A DNA stretch of 64,000 bases, taken from an uncultured virus (IMG/VR IMGVR_UViG_3300020576_003687) (taxonomy: Duplodnaviria > Heunggongvirae > Uroviricota > Caudoviricetes). The stretch is taken from the IMG/VR virus record IMGVR_UViG_3300020576_003687; one strand, written 5' to 3'. The notes beneath the pieces are model-generated. The model was given only the letters and a program-made list of their open reading frames with translations. It did no database searches and had not been told where the DNA came from. Each line of letters starts with the position of its first letter. Position 1 is the stretch's first letter. Shown one piece after another: positions 9,767-18,943 of the stretch. A program made the translations under genes and the position numbers.

Positions 9767-10615
9767 ATGAGCTTGTTGAACACAATTATGTTGGACGATG
9801 TTTTGGACGGTCTCAAAAAGATACCCGACGAGAGTGTTCATCTTGTTTTATCTTCTCCGCCTTATAATATTCAGCTTGAAGGGTATCGTAATCGTAATGA
9901 CGACGATCCATATAAGGTATATGTTGATTGGCTAAAGAAGATATTTATTGAATGCAAGAGAATACTTGTTGACGGAGGCCGACTTGTAATCAATATTGAT
10001 TCTGTTAGAAATAGGCAAGACGACGACGAATATATGAGACCCATTGCGGGTGACCTTATCAATGTAGGTAGAGAGGTAGGTCTTAAATATAGAACCGAAA
10101 TTTGCTGGTATAAGCAGAACTGGTCAGGCAGGGCAACTGCTTTTGGTTCTTATATGTCTTGCTCTAATCCTGCTATTAGACGAAATCATGAGTATATTAT
10201 GGTTTGGTCTAAAGGTAGTTGGAAACTCAAAGGAGACCCTGAGCTTTCTGATATGACAAATGAAGAGTTCCAAAACTGGACTTTTTCAACATGGTTTATT
10301 CAACCAGAAACTCAGAATCTAAATGGTCATCCAGCGCCATTTCCTGAAGAGTTAGCAAGAAGGGTCATTAAGCTATTTTCTTACAGAGGGAATACAGTTG
10401 TTGATCCGTTTATGGGAACTGGTACTACAGGCTTGATGGCTAAAGTTCTTGGCAGAAACTACATTGGTATAGACAATTCTGAATCCGATGTTAATTACGC
10501 AAGACAAAGGATATCTGCTGTTTCTAATATATTTGACGATTATATTCCAAGATCCAAGAGAATTGAGGAAAATAAAAAGACAGTAAATACTGTTGAGGAA
10601 AACAGGATTAGTTAA
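9767..10615 (+). CDS. Beta-class DNA methyltransferase (SPPY, likely N4-cytosine)
   Basis: VLSSPPYN, HPAPFPEELARRVI, VVDPFMGTGTT. Confidence 0.9.
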   Translation: MSLLNTIMLDDVLDGLKKIPDESVHLVLSSPPYNIQLEGYRNRNDDDPYKVYVDWLKKIFIECKRILVDGGRLVINIDSVRNRQDDDEYMRPIAGDLINVGREVGLKYRTEICWYKQNWSGRATAFGSYMSCSNPAIRRNHEYIMVWSKGSWKLKGDPELSDMTNEEFQNWTFSTWFIQPETQNLNGHPAPFPEELARRVIKLFSYRGNTVVDPFMGTGTTGLMAKVLGRNYIGIDNSESDVNYARQRISAVSNIFDDYIPRSKRIEENKKTVNTVEENRIS

Positions 10616-11098
10616 ATGGAATTTGAGATTCAATTTTCAGATGTAACATTGCTTGAGGCAAATGGCAACTATGATAAGGTTTGTAAAATCATGGCTGCTG
10701 ATGCTGAGGAGTCTGGTGTTGCAAGCCATAAGGGTGAGTGGATGGTCCGCTCAAAGGTTACTGTTATGAGTCCTTTTGGTTTTGCGATTCTCATTTGTCA
10801 TTTTTACAATACAGGCAAGGTTTACATCGCTGAGTATTTTCCGTCAAGTAAAGACGCTCATAATGCGGATATAAAGAGTTTGACTTATTGGTGTAATGAG
10901 TTTGGCTGGAAAACTCCTGAGCCATTGCCTCATGTTGTTGATTCATGGCCGGCTTTTTGGAAGTCAGAATGGGAAACTTACATTGTTGATTCAGAATATC
11001 TTGACAAAAAGTATGGCTATAGGAAAGAGATACTATTTAGCAAAGACGATGACGAAGACGAAAATGACGATATTGTTTTAGACGAGGATGAGCAATGA
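10616..11098 (+). CDS. Hypothetical protein, acidic C-terminus
   Basis: 160-aa ORF abutting both neighbours. Confidence 0.6.
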   Translation: MEFEIQFSDVTLLEANGNYDKVCKIMAADAEESGVASHKGEWMVRSKVTVMSPFGFAILICHFYNTGKVYIAEYFPSSKDAHNADIKSLTYWCNEFGWKTPEPLPHVVDSWPAFWKSEWETYIVDSEYLDKKYGYRKEILFSKDDDEDENDDIVLDEDEQ

Positions 11099-11310
11099 GT
11101 TTTGTTTGTCCTCATTGTTTTTCAAGTTTGGGGGCAAGATCGAATGTATATGGAACGGTATGCTCTAAATGCGGAACGTTTATACAAAATGAAGTTCCAG
11201 CCCCTATATACAAGGAAATGAAGAAGCGATTGACGCAGCAACAACAGCAGATAAGGCAGTTTTTAAGGAAGAAGATTTTAGGAGATAGCAATGGCAATCA
11301 AGTCAAATAA
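11095..11310 (+). CDS. Small zinc-ribbon-like hypothetical protein
   Basis: CPHC...CSKC; ATGA overlap with upstream gene. Confidence 0.55.
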   Translation: MSFVCPHCFSSLGARSNVYGTVCSKCGTFIQNEVPAPIYKEMKKRLTQQQQQIRQFLRKKILGDSNGNQVK

Positions 11311-11896
11311 GAAGATAGATTTTGAATATGAATATGTCAATGGGGAGGCTGTTTTTTCCATTTGGCTAAGGCTTTATGAGTCCGCTGATTGCGGTATGTC
11401 TATTGGCGTTTTAGACGAGAATGGCGAGATCGCTATTAGCTTTCCTATTGGAATGTTTGCCGAGGTAACTGATTTCTTGATTGCTCAAGGAGTTCTTGAA
11501 GGTAGGCGAACCGTTTCGGCTACATTGCCGGTACAAAAGACTGTTACTCAAAAACCATCTTCGTTGCCTAAGCCAAGATTGGTTTCTTCAAGACCAATAT
11601 CTAAGCCCAAAACAAGTAGCGGTCCAACTATTGTTGATTTAGAGCAAGACGGCGGCGACGACCTATCTGAGTATCCTGAGGAAGTCAGGGAGCAGATTCG
11701 TCAAGAGCAAGCAAGGTTGCATGAGATTCAAAATGCAATTGATGGTGCTACTCCAACAGTATCTTTGTCAGCAGCGGCTGAGCAAACCGATCTTCCTGAA
11801 GAAGAAGCAAAAAATATCTTGCAAGAAAGACAAGCTGCTCTCAAGAGAGCGCAAACCTCAGCGAAGAAGATTAAGAAGAGAGATGACGACGAGTGA
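11291..11896 (+). CDS. Hypothetical protein
   Basis: 201-aa ORF with SD AGGAG. Confidence 0.6.
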   Translation: MAIKSNKKIDFEYEYVNGEAVFSIWLRLYESADCGMSIGVLDENGEIAISFPIGMFAEVTDFLIAQGVLEGRRTVSATLPVQKTVTQKPSSLPKPRLVSSRPISKPKTSSGPTIVDLEQDGGDDLSEYPEEVREQIRQEQARLHEIQNAIDGATPTVSLSAAAEQTDLPEEEAKNILQERQAALKRAQTSAKKIKKRDDDE

Positions 11897-12129
11897 GCCA
11901 ATATAAGTGTAAACTTGTTCCTCTTGAAAGGCTTCCTGTTGGGCCTCTTGGAGTTGTTTCCCCTTTATGCAATGATTGCGAAACAGTGGATTGCTCTAAT
12001 CCCATTGAGCCTGTAAAGATAACTGTCTTTGGAAGACAGGTTGAATGGAAGGTATACAAAAAGAACTTTGTAACATCCATTGTTGTTCAATGCGCAGGAC
12101 ATAGTAAAGACAATGCCAACGTAAATTAA
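11893..12129 (+). CDS. Small Cys-rich hypothetical protein
   Basis: GTGA overlap with upstream gene; CxxC..C motif; its stop overlaps the stop of the antisense endonuclease. Confidence 0.55.
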   Translation: MSQYKCKLVPLERLPVGPLGVVSPLCNDCETVDCSNPIEPVKITVFGRQVEWKVYKKNFVTSIVVQCAGHSKDNANVN

Positions 12130-12896
12130 ATAGCAGATAAATAAGAATTTCTTTTTCTGCTCAGGAAGACGTTGGAATCTTTGTATAGCCAATCCATTAT
12201 TGTTTTTACAGAACTGTATGCGGTACTATCATATTTGTAGGCACTTCCTGATCTAAATAGTTTTGGTCTCTTTTTTATTCCTAAATGTTCATGTAATTTG
12301 TTTTGCATTTCATCTAAAAATATTTCACTTCCTATAATAGATAATCTTGGCCCTCCCCTTGCTCCGTTATTATGATGTGAAACGCATCCATCTCCGTCGA
12401 AATATCCTCTTATAAAGTGTCTATCCATATTCTTATTTAGGATTGGGTATTGGAGTATTAGTGATTTTCTCGGAGTGCATCCAAGTTTGATTAAATCATT
12501 ACTTATCTTATCTGAATACAAACGAATATAAGAAAAATCGTGCTTATTATGATAATCATGTATTTTGATAGAAGAGTTTATATCTTTACTAAATAGTTCA
12601 AGATGTTCTCTGTCTTTTCTTGATAGGCAAATGGATAAGAATTTTGAACAACCCTTTATTTCCGAAACACATCCATCTGCAAAAATAAAACCAAGCCAAT
12701 AAGCTTTTCTTTCTGAATCTATATTCTCGAAATAGTTTTCGTTAAATTTAGGTTTTATTGCCGATATTTTATATGAAGAGCATATGCTGTAAAATGTAGA
12801 TTGAGATATTTGAAGTTTGTCTAAAATTTCTTTTCTAGAGTTACTACTATTTATTGTTTTTTCTAATTCACGCTTTGATATGATTATCTTTTTCAT
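12126..12896 (-). CDS. Free-standing two-motif LAGLIDADG homing endonuclease
   Basis: AYWLGFIFADG and HFIRGYFDGDG, FNENYFENID, LIKLG.TPRKS, FLSRKR; AT-rich; antisense to the surrounding genes. Confidence 0.9.
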   Translation of the reverse strand: MKKIIISKRELEKTINSSNSRKEILDKLQISQSTFYSICSSYKISAIKPKFNENYFENIDSERKAYWLGFIFADGCVSEIKGCSKFLSICLSRKDREHLELFSKDINSSIKIHDYHNKHDFSYIRLYSDKISNDLIKLGCTPRKSLILQYPILNKNMDRHFIRGYFDGDGCVSHHNNGARGGPRLSIIGSEIFLDEMQNKLHEHLGIKKRPKLFRSGSAYKYDSTAYSSVKTIMDWLYKDSNVFLSRKRNSYLSAI

Positions 12897-12945
12897 ACAT
12901 TTATATTAGTTATGCGGCATGAAAATTCCTTCAAGGAGATCAAAA

Positions 12946-13224
12946 ATTCCAACCTACATATACCAGATACTGAGTAAAGAGGGCGAGCCAATAGGTGAGA
13001 CTATTGAGATCTTTCAAAACATGAAAGACGACGCTCTTACTGTTGATCCTGAAAGCGGCAAGCCAATCCGTAGGGCTATTTGCGCGCCAGCCATTAGAGA
13101 CGGCAAACCAGCTTGGGACAGATGCTCTGATGTTCGTGATCATATTAGGAAAACACGGCCTAAGTGGATTCATGATAAAGAAAAGGGCATTCGAGAGCGA
13201 TTTGACCCCAAGAAGCATGGTTAG
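12946..13224 (+). CDS. FmdB-family (zinc-ribbon-like, Cys-less) protein, probable ATT start
   Basis: (I)PTYIYQ.....GETIEIFQNMKDDALTVDPESGKPIRRAI resembles FmdB MPTYxY..FE..Q.M.D..L..CP.CG...R.I; SD AAGGAG 12933-12938 lies 7 nt before ATT 12946. Confidence 0.65.
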   Translation: MPTYIYQILSKEGEPIGETIEIFQNMKDDALTVDPESGKPIRRAICAPAIRDGKPAWDRCSDVRDHIRKTRPKWIHDKEKGIRERFDPKKHG

Positions 13225-13234
13225 TGTTTTACTC

Positions 13235-13270
13235 TAAATCCGAGTCCTGTAGCGTCGATACATGACTATG
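13235..13270 (+). promoter_or_regulatory. Sigma28-like promoter TAAA-N15-GTCGATAC upstream of dnaE-N
   Basis: TAAA 13235-38, 15 nt, GTCGATAC 13254-61; ATG 13268 is 9 nt after GTCGA. Confidence 0.5.
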
Positions 13271-14656
13271 GCAAAAATCATAAGCAATAGCGATTTTGTG
13301 CATTTGCACAATCATTCCGAGTATTCGTCTTTTGACGGCTTGAATAAGATATCTCAGTTTCCTAAGGCTGCTAAGGAAATGGGGTTTAAGGCCTTAGCGT
13401 TGACTGACCACGGTAATATGGGTGGAGCGGTCAAGTTTACTCAAGAATGCAATAAAGAGGGTATAAAGCCTATTATTGGTTGCGAATTCTACTTGTCTAA
13501 AGACCGTCACTTGAGAGGCGAAAAGAAAGACGGCAACAAGATTGTGAAGGGTCAACCTGACGGAAGAAAAGGTAATCGCCACTTGGTTCTTATTGCAAAG
13601 AACTGGAAAGGTTGGCAGAACCTCTGCTCTTTATCTCAAAAGTCATGGACCGAAGGCGTTTATATTGACCCAAGAATTGATATCAACCTTTTGGCTGAAC
13701 ATAGTGAAGGTTTGATTTGCAATTCTGCTTGTCTTAGTAGCGTCATCAATGCTAATTTGCTTCATGACCGCTATGACCAGGCTAAGAAGTCTGTTGCTCT
13801 TTTCAAGGATATCTTCAAGGAAGACTTCCATTTAGAGGTTATGTATCATGGAATTGAAGCGGAAGCGGCAATTATTCCTGACATCATAAAGCTTGGTAAT
13901 GAAATGAATGTTCCAATCATTGCTACAAATGATTGTCACTATTGCAAGAAAGAGCATGGTTCTTCGCAAGAAATACTCATGTGCATGAGTACGAGTCGCT
14001 GTCTTAACGATCCAAAGAGATTGCATTTTCCGTACCATGAATTCTATCTCAAGTCTGCTCTTGAGATGTCTGTAATGTTTGGATCTCATCCAGAGTTTCT
14101 TCTCAATACAGTCATGGTTGCTGATAAGATAGATGCTAAGGATATTTTTGAGAACATGACTTCTGGCATGAGATTGCCTAGGTATAAGATTCCAGAAGGC
14201 TTTGCCTCTCCGTTTGATTATCTTTCTCATATTGCATGGGAGGGTATGAGGAAACTTGGATGGGACCGTAGCGAGCCTCATAAGGAAAGACTCAAGAGAG
14301 AGCTTGAAGACGTTAGAGTTGCATGGGAGAATAACAAATACGATTTTGCAACTTACTTTCTTATCGTTCGAGATTACATCCAAGAGGCTACTAATAAGTC
14401 AATTCTTACTGGTTGTGGTCGAGGTTCGGGTTATGCAAGCGTTCTTCTTAGGGTTCTTGGTATCGCTTATGGTCCAGACCCATTGAAGTATGACTTGATT
14501 TGGGAGCGGTTCCTTGGCTTCGACTGGAAACATTTTATTCAAGAGAAAGACTTCTTTGATGAAGATGTCATAATTTCTGATGAAAAGCCTATTTTAGAAG
14601 CAAAAGAAGACGACAGAGACGTTGTAGATGATCCAGGTGGAGTTGATAGGTATTAA
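13268..14656 (+). CDS. dnaE: DNA polymerase III alpha, N-terminal piece (PHP domain + start of palm)
   Basis: FVHLHNHSEYS, ALTDHGN, IKPIIGCEFY, IATNDCHY, YFLIVRDYI, GCGRGSG, DPLKYDLIWERFL, then an acidic tail and stop. Start 13262 or 13268. Confidence 0.92.
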   Translation: MAKIISNSDFVHLHNHSEYSSFDGLNKISQFPKAAKEMGFKALALTDHGNMGGAVKFTQECNKEGIKPIIGCEFYLSKDRHLRGEKKDGNKIVKGQPDGRKGNRHLVLIAKNWKGWQNLCSLSQKSWTEGVYIDPRIDINLLAEHSEGLICNSACLSSVINANLLHDRYDQAKKSVALFKDIFKEDFHLEVMYHGIEAEAAIIPDIIKLGNEMNVPIIATNDCHYCKKEHGSSQEILMCMSTSRCLNDPKRLHFPYHEFYLKSALEMSVMFGSHPEFLLNTVMVADKIDAKDIFENMTSGMRLPRYKIPEGFASPFDYLSHIAWEGMRKLGWDRSEPHKERLKRELEDVRVAWENNKYDFATYFLIVRDYIQEATNKSILTGCGRGSGYASVLLRVLGIAYGPDPLKYDLIWERFLGFDWKHFIQEKDFFDEDVIISDEKPILEAKEDDRDVVDDPGGVDRY

Positions 14657-14685
14657 GGTAGTATAGCAAATATTGAGCTTCAAAT

Positions 14686-15210
14686 ATGAATTATAAATCA
14701 ATGAAAGGTGTTGGTTCGTTCTTTGTGCAAGAGGATTTTGACAAATATGATGAACCAGCTAAAAACGCAGCTTATGCTCTTCTTAAGTTTCTTGAAAAGA
14801 AAGGCTTTGCTAAAAATGTGGACATGAATGTAGAAAACGAACTGGAACAGCCTTATCATCGAGATCTAGAAGTTATTGTTAATGGAGTCCGTCGAGTAAT
14901 TAGCACAGAAGTAAAAACTGCTTGGATGTATGGAAAAGGGAGATTTCCATATGAGACTGTTCGTGTTATGAATAGAAAAAGTGAGGACTGCCATAAGAAA
15001 AATGCACTATTCACAGACTTTTTTGTTACGAGTGTTGATAAAAATGGTATAGCTGTTATAAGTCGAAAAGATTATGATAGTGTCGTTCCTAATGAAGTAA
15101 TGACAACAAGAGGATTGGATTGGGGACGAGAGATACCTATTGATAAAGTAATTTTTTATAGGCGAATAGACGCCAAAAACAATATCTGGGAAAAGAGCAT
15201 TGGAATCTAA
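14686..15210 (+). CDS. Hypothetical protein, possible PD-(D/E)xK nuclease
   Basis: RDLEVIVNG.....STEVKTAW gives a D...ExK arrangement. Confidence 0.45.
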   Translation: MNYKSMKGVGSFFVQEDFDKYDEPAKNAAYALLKFLEKKGFAKNVDMNVENELEQPYHRDLEVIVNGVRRVISTEVKTAWMYGKGRFPYETVRVMNRKSEDCHKKNALFTDFFVTSVDKNGIAVISRKDYDSVVPNEVMTTRGLDWGREIPIDKVIFYRRIDAKNNIWEKSIGI

Positions 15211-16059
15211 ATGGCAGACACAATCATAAAAAGAGTTGGCGGAAAAGTTAAGCTGAGAGAGTGGATTAAAGATCTGCTACCAAAGCATAATCTATATTGC
15301 GAGCCTTTTGGTGGTAGCTTTGCTGTGGGTTTTGTTTTACCCAAAACTGACGGCAAGTACCGTTTGGTTTATAATGACTTGGATAGTCATGTTTGGAATC
15401 TATTTAGAGTTCTTAGAGATTATAAAGATGCCTTTATTGAGAAGGTCGAATTAACGCCGTACTCCAGGGAAGAGTTTGAAAAAGCAGTTGAATATATTGA
15501 GTCTAAACGAGACTTTCTAAAAGAAGATCCTGTTGAGTGGGCAAGAAACTATCTTATCTACAATAGACAATCCATGTTTGGAAAAGAAGACGGAACATGG
15601 TGTGTTTCGAGAACAGGGGAGAATATATGTTTGTCTTGGGCTGGTTTGCCTCCCTTTATTGATAGATGTGCTAGGTTTTTCAAGGGTGTTTACATTGAAA
15701 ACCTTGACTATAAGGAATGTATCAAAAAGTGGGATTGCCCAGAGGCCTTGTTTTATATTGATCCTCCGTATGAGCATGTTGAAAAGATGTTCTATCATGT
15801 CAATATGACTGACGGATTTATTCATGAAGACATGGCTAAGTATTTAGACGGGATTCAAGGGTCTGTTGCGATATCTTACTATTCCAGCCCGAACATTAAA
15901 GATCTTTACCCGGCAAGTAAGGGTTATACTATCTACAAGAAAAGCGTTGTCAAGCATATGCAGACCTTAGAAGAAAAAGATTCTGTTGAAGAACTCTTGA
16001 TTGTTAAGAAGAGTTCTTATGCGATGGCTGGGGAAAAGCAACCAATGTGTTTCGAGTGA
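15211..16059 (+). CDS. Dam-family (D12) DNA adenine methyltransferase
   Basis: RVGGK, YCEPFGGS, VYNDLD, IENLDY, FYIDPPY. Confidence 0.9.
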   Translation: MADTIIKRVGGKVKLREWIKDLLPKHNLYCEPFGGSFAVGFVLPKTDGKYRLVYNDLDSHVWNLFRVLRDYKDAFIEKVELTPYSREEFEKAVEYIESKRDFLKEDPVEWARNYLIYNRQSMFGKEDGTWCVSRTGENICLSWAGLPPFIDRCARFFKGVYIENLDYKECIKKWDCPEALFYIDPPYEHVEKMFYHVNMTDGFIHEDMAKYLDGIQGSVAISYYSSPNIKDLYPASKGYTIYKKSVVKHMQTLEEKDSVEELLIVKKSSYAMAGEKQPMCFE

Positions 16060-16063
16060 AATT

Positions 16064-16312
16064 ATGGGATATCATAAATCTAAAATCGCAAAAGGCAAGT
16101 ATGGCGAATCTTCTAAGATAAAAGAGGAAATAGAAGAGTTGCAGGATGCTGAAAGACAGAGCAATAGGATAATGGCTCTTGTTGAGCTTTCTGATATCGT
16201 TGGAGCTATTCAAGGCTACTTAGAAAGACAGCATCCAAGCATAACCATGCAGGACTTGATTATCATGTCCAATGCAACTCGGTCTGCTTTTATGGACGGC
16301 ACAAGATCATGA
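16064..16312 (+). CDS. MazG/HisE-like all-alpha NTP pyrophosphatase
   Basis: KIKEEIEELQDA....ALVELSD (EExxE...ExxD). Confidence 0.6.
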   Translation: MGYHKSKIAKGKYGESSKIKEEIEELQDAERQSNRIMALVELSDIVGAIQGYLERQHPSITMQDLIIMSNATRSAFMDGTRS

Positions 16313-16929
16313 GAGTAGAATACGATATTGTTGTAAAAGCTATTACTTATTATGAGCGTGCTGGATATGCTTATATTGATGTCCCGTGGCAGGCCTCTCT
16401 TGATGTTCTTATGGTAACGGCTCCTTGTTTCTTGACTAAGGAAGATGTTGCGAAAGCTAATCCCAATGGCTTTGTTGCCTCTGGAGAACAATCGTTTTTG
16501 TAAATGGCTATTGATAAGAAGCTTTCTAAGGGCAAATATTGTTGCGCTACTCCTTGTTTTAGACCGAATGATGACCTTAAGGACGGTCTTCATTTCCCAA
16601 ATTTTTTCAAAGTTGAACTGATAGAATATATAGGCGATGATCTTTGCGATGTTACAAAGGTAGCGGGCAGGGTTGATTCCATGATTGAAAAGGCTGCAAT
16701 TTTCATGGAAAATGTCTTAGGTAAAGACCTTTCAATTGAGCCAATTATTGATGACGAAAGAATTGGATGTCAGAGTTCTTTTTGTTGTGATATAGTAACG
16801 CCTATGACGAAGATAGAGTTAGGGTCATACGGTTATAGAGTGGCAGATCAAATTGGCTCTTGGATTTATGGTACAGGCGTTGCTCTTCCGAGATTGACTA
16901 TTGTTGGAGACAATAAATGGCTGATATGA
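16309..16929 (+). CDS. Class II aminoacyl-tRNA-synthetase-like catalytic domain, interrupted by in-frame TAA (16501-16503)
   Basis: GY.YIDVPW, VASGEQSFL*MAID, TPCFR (motif 2), FFKVEL, IELGSYG, YGTGVALPRL (motif 3); both ORFs are in the same frame. Confidence 0.65.
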
Positions 16930-18893
16930 AGCAGGAAATCTTGGAGGCAGTTAAGGATAAGTCTCTTTTGCCTCTGATTGAGAAAGAACTAGCTCAAATG
17001 GAGCAAACAGAAGGCTTGGACGAAAAACCAGTTCTACAAAAGTTCCATTCAATCTGGAAGCATTCTCATGGTAAGGTTGGTCATCGTAATGATATCAACT
17101 CCTGGACCGCATATGCTCTTGGTATGACTGATAAAAAGCCTGACGAAGGTTCGGAATTCTTGCCAAAGCGTCGCGCTTTTGCCCGTAAAGGTTTTCCCGA
17201 TATTGACTCGGACTTCGACTACGAACGTAGAGACGAGATGTACAAGTACATCATTGATACCTACGGAAGAGAGCATGTTGGTAATATTGGAACATACTCT
17301 GGCCTTAAGATGAAATCGTTTGTTCGTCGAGCGGTCAAGGCTATAGATCCAGAGAATACCTTTTTCAAGGGTTATGATGAATGGAAGACAAAGACGAATG
17401 AACTCGGCGACGAGATATTGAATGCTTTGCCGCCTCAATATGGCGCTTTTTTGAAAGTAACAGATGATCAAGGCAATGAACACCCAGTCAAGACCGTTCA
17501 GGATGCTTATAAGTGGTGTCCAAAGTTTGCATATTACATGGAGAAGTACCCTGCTATACTTGAACACTCTAGGAGTATTGAAGGACTTTTATCTATATTC
17601 GGAGTACATGCTGCCGGTATTGTTATATCGAATGAGCCTCTTGGACGTATAGCTCCGCTTAAGCAAAGCAAGATTACGGATACAGCCGAGGACGGCGAAG
17701 TTAAATATGCTTTTGCGACTCAGTTTGAGTACAATGACTTAGAGTTTCTTGGACTGATCAAGTTCGATATTCTTGCTCTTAGTACGCTTTCGGTTATTGG
17801 CCGATGCTGTAAGCTTGTTGAGCAAAACTACGGCTTGAAGATCAATATCTATGACTTGCCTCTTGAAGACAAGAAGACCTTTGATTTATACAAGAGCGGC
17901 AAACTGACTGGCGTATTCCAATGCGAAGAGCCTGGAATGCAGAAGACCATGATTAACATGGGAGTTGACTCCCTTGACGACATCATGGCAGGCATTGCGT
18001 TGTATCGTCCTGGTCCGATGGATTCGATTCCAACCTATTGCGCTCGTAAGCATGGTTCAGAATCTATCAACTACTTCCATCCTTCTCTAAAGAAGTATGT
18101 TGAGCCTTATCTCAAGAAGACGTATGGATTGCTTGTATATCAAGAGCAAGTCATGCAGATTTGTAACTCAATTGCAGGATTCTCTATTCCTGAGGGTTAT
18201 GTTGTTATCAAGGCAATCGGTAAGAAGAAACCAGAGCTTTTGGCAAAGTATAGAGCTAGGTTTATCTCTGGCGCAAAAGAGAATAATGTAGACGAAAAGA
18301 TTGCTCAAGACTATTGGGACAAAGTAATCATGCCATTCGCTGATTACGGCTTCAATAAGGCGCATGCTTGCTGCTATGCTTACAACTCTTATGTTACTGC
18401 TTATTTGAAGGCTAACTTTCCAGAAGAGTTCCTTACAGCTTATCTCAATGTCGAAATTAATCGCTCAAACTATGACAAGGTTGACGCTCTTGAAAAGATG
18501 TCTAAAGAGATGAACATAGAGATTTTGCCAAGGCAAATCAATCATTGCAAGCTTGAGTATTTCATTGTTAAGAAGGCAGATCCCGCAAATGGTATTCCAA
18601 AGTCGCAAATCATGCCTTCTATAAAGTGCAAGGGCTTGAGTCATAATGCTGCAACTAATATTGTAGAGCATCAGCCTTATGCTAGTCTTCAAGAGTTTGC
18701 GGAAAAGACTGATACGAAGATGGTTGATGCGAAATCGTTTGAGTCTTTGTTGAATGCAGGCTTCTTTAAGCCAGCAAAGGGTGGCGGTCGAAGCGCAAAT
18801 AGAGAAGAAGTTCTTAAGTCTTTCGAAATTATTAGAGAAGACTTGAAGAGAGCCAAGAAGAAAGGCGTCATTGTAGGCAACATTTTTGGGTGA
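16917..18893 (+). CDS. dnaE: DNA polymerase III alpha, C-terminal piece (catalytic palm, fingers, HhH)
   Basis: FPDIDSDF, GVHAAGIVIS, GLIKFDILAL, GVFQCE, ALYRPGPM, TYGLLVYQEQVMQ, YGFNKAHA, AYLKANFPEEF. Confidence 0.92.
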   Translation: MADMKQEILEAVKDKSLLPLIEKELAQMEQTEGLDEKPVLQKFHSIWKHSHGKVGHRNDINSWTAYALGMTDKKPDEGSEFLPKRRAFARKGFPDIDSDFDYERRDEMYKYIIDTYGREHVGNIGTYSGLKMKSFVRRAVKAIDPENTFFKGYDEWKTKTNELGDEILNALPPQYGAFLKVTDDQGNEHPVKTVQDAYKWCPKFAYYMEKYPAILEHSRSIEGLLSIFGVHAAGIVISNEPLGRIAPLKQSKITDTAEDGEVKYAFATQFEYNDLEFLGLIKFDILALSTLSVIGRCCKLVEQNYGLKINIYDLPLEDKKTFDLYKSGKLTGVFQCEEPGMQKTMINMGVDSLDDIMAGIALYRPGPMDSIPTYCARKHGSESINYFHPSLKKYVEPYLKKTYGLLVYQEQVMQICNSIAGFSIPEGYVVIKAIGKKKPELLAKYRARFISGAKENNVDEKIAQDYWDKVIMPFADYGFNKAHACCYAYNSYVTAYLKANFPEEFLTAYLNVEINRSNYDKVDALEKMSKEMNIEILPRQINHCKLEYFIVKKADPANGIPKSQIMPSIKCKGLSHNAATNIVEHQPYASLQEFAEKTDTKMVDAKSFESLLNAGFFKPAKGGGRSANREEVLKSFEIIREDLKRAKKKGVIVGNIFG

Positions 18894-18943
18894 AATAGAC
18901 TCAATAGCGATAAGAGTAGACGAATTACCATTTGGAGAAAAAT

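Noticed and set aside
12124..12945. Group I intron around the LAGLIDADG gene
   Set aside because: The antisense ORF fills nearly the whole insert; only ~50 nt remain, too little for a ribozyme core, and none was recognised.
14520..17190. Split intein joining the two DnaE pieces
   Set aside because: No Cys/Ser-starting N-intein after WERFL and no HN|C/S/T junction before PDIDSDF.
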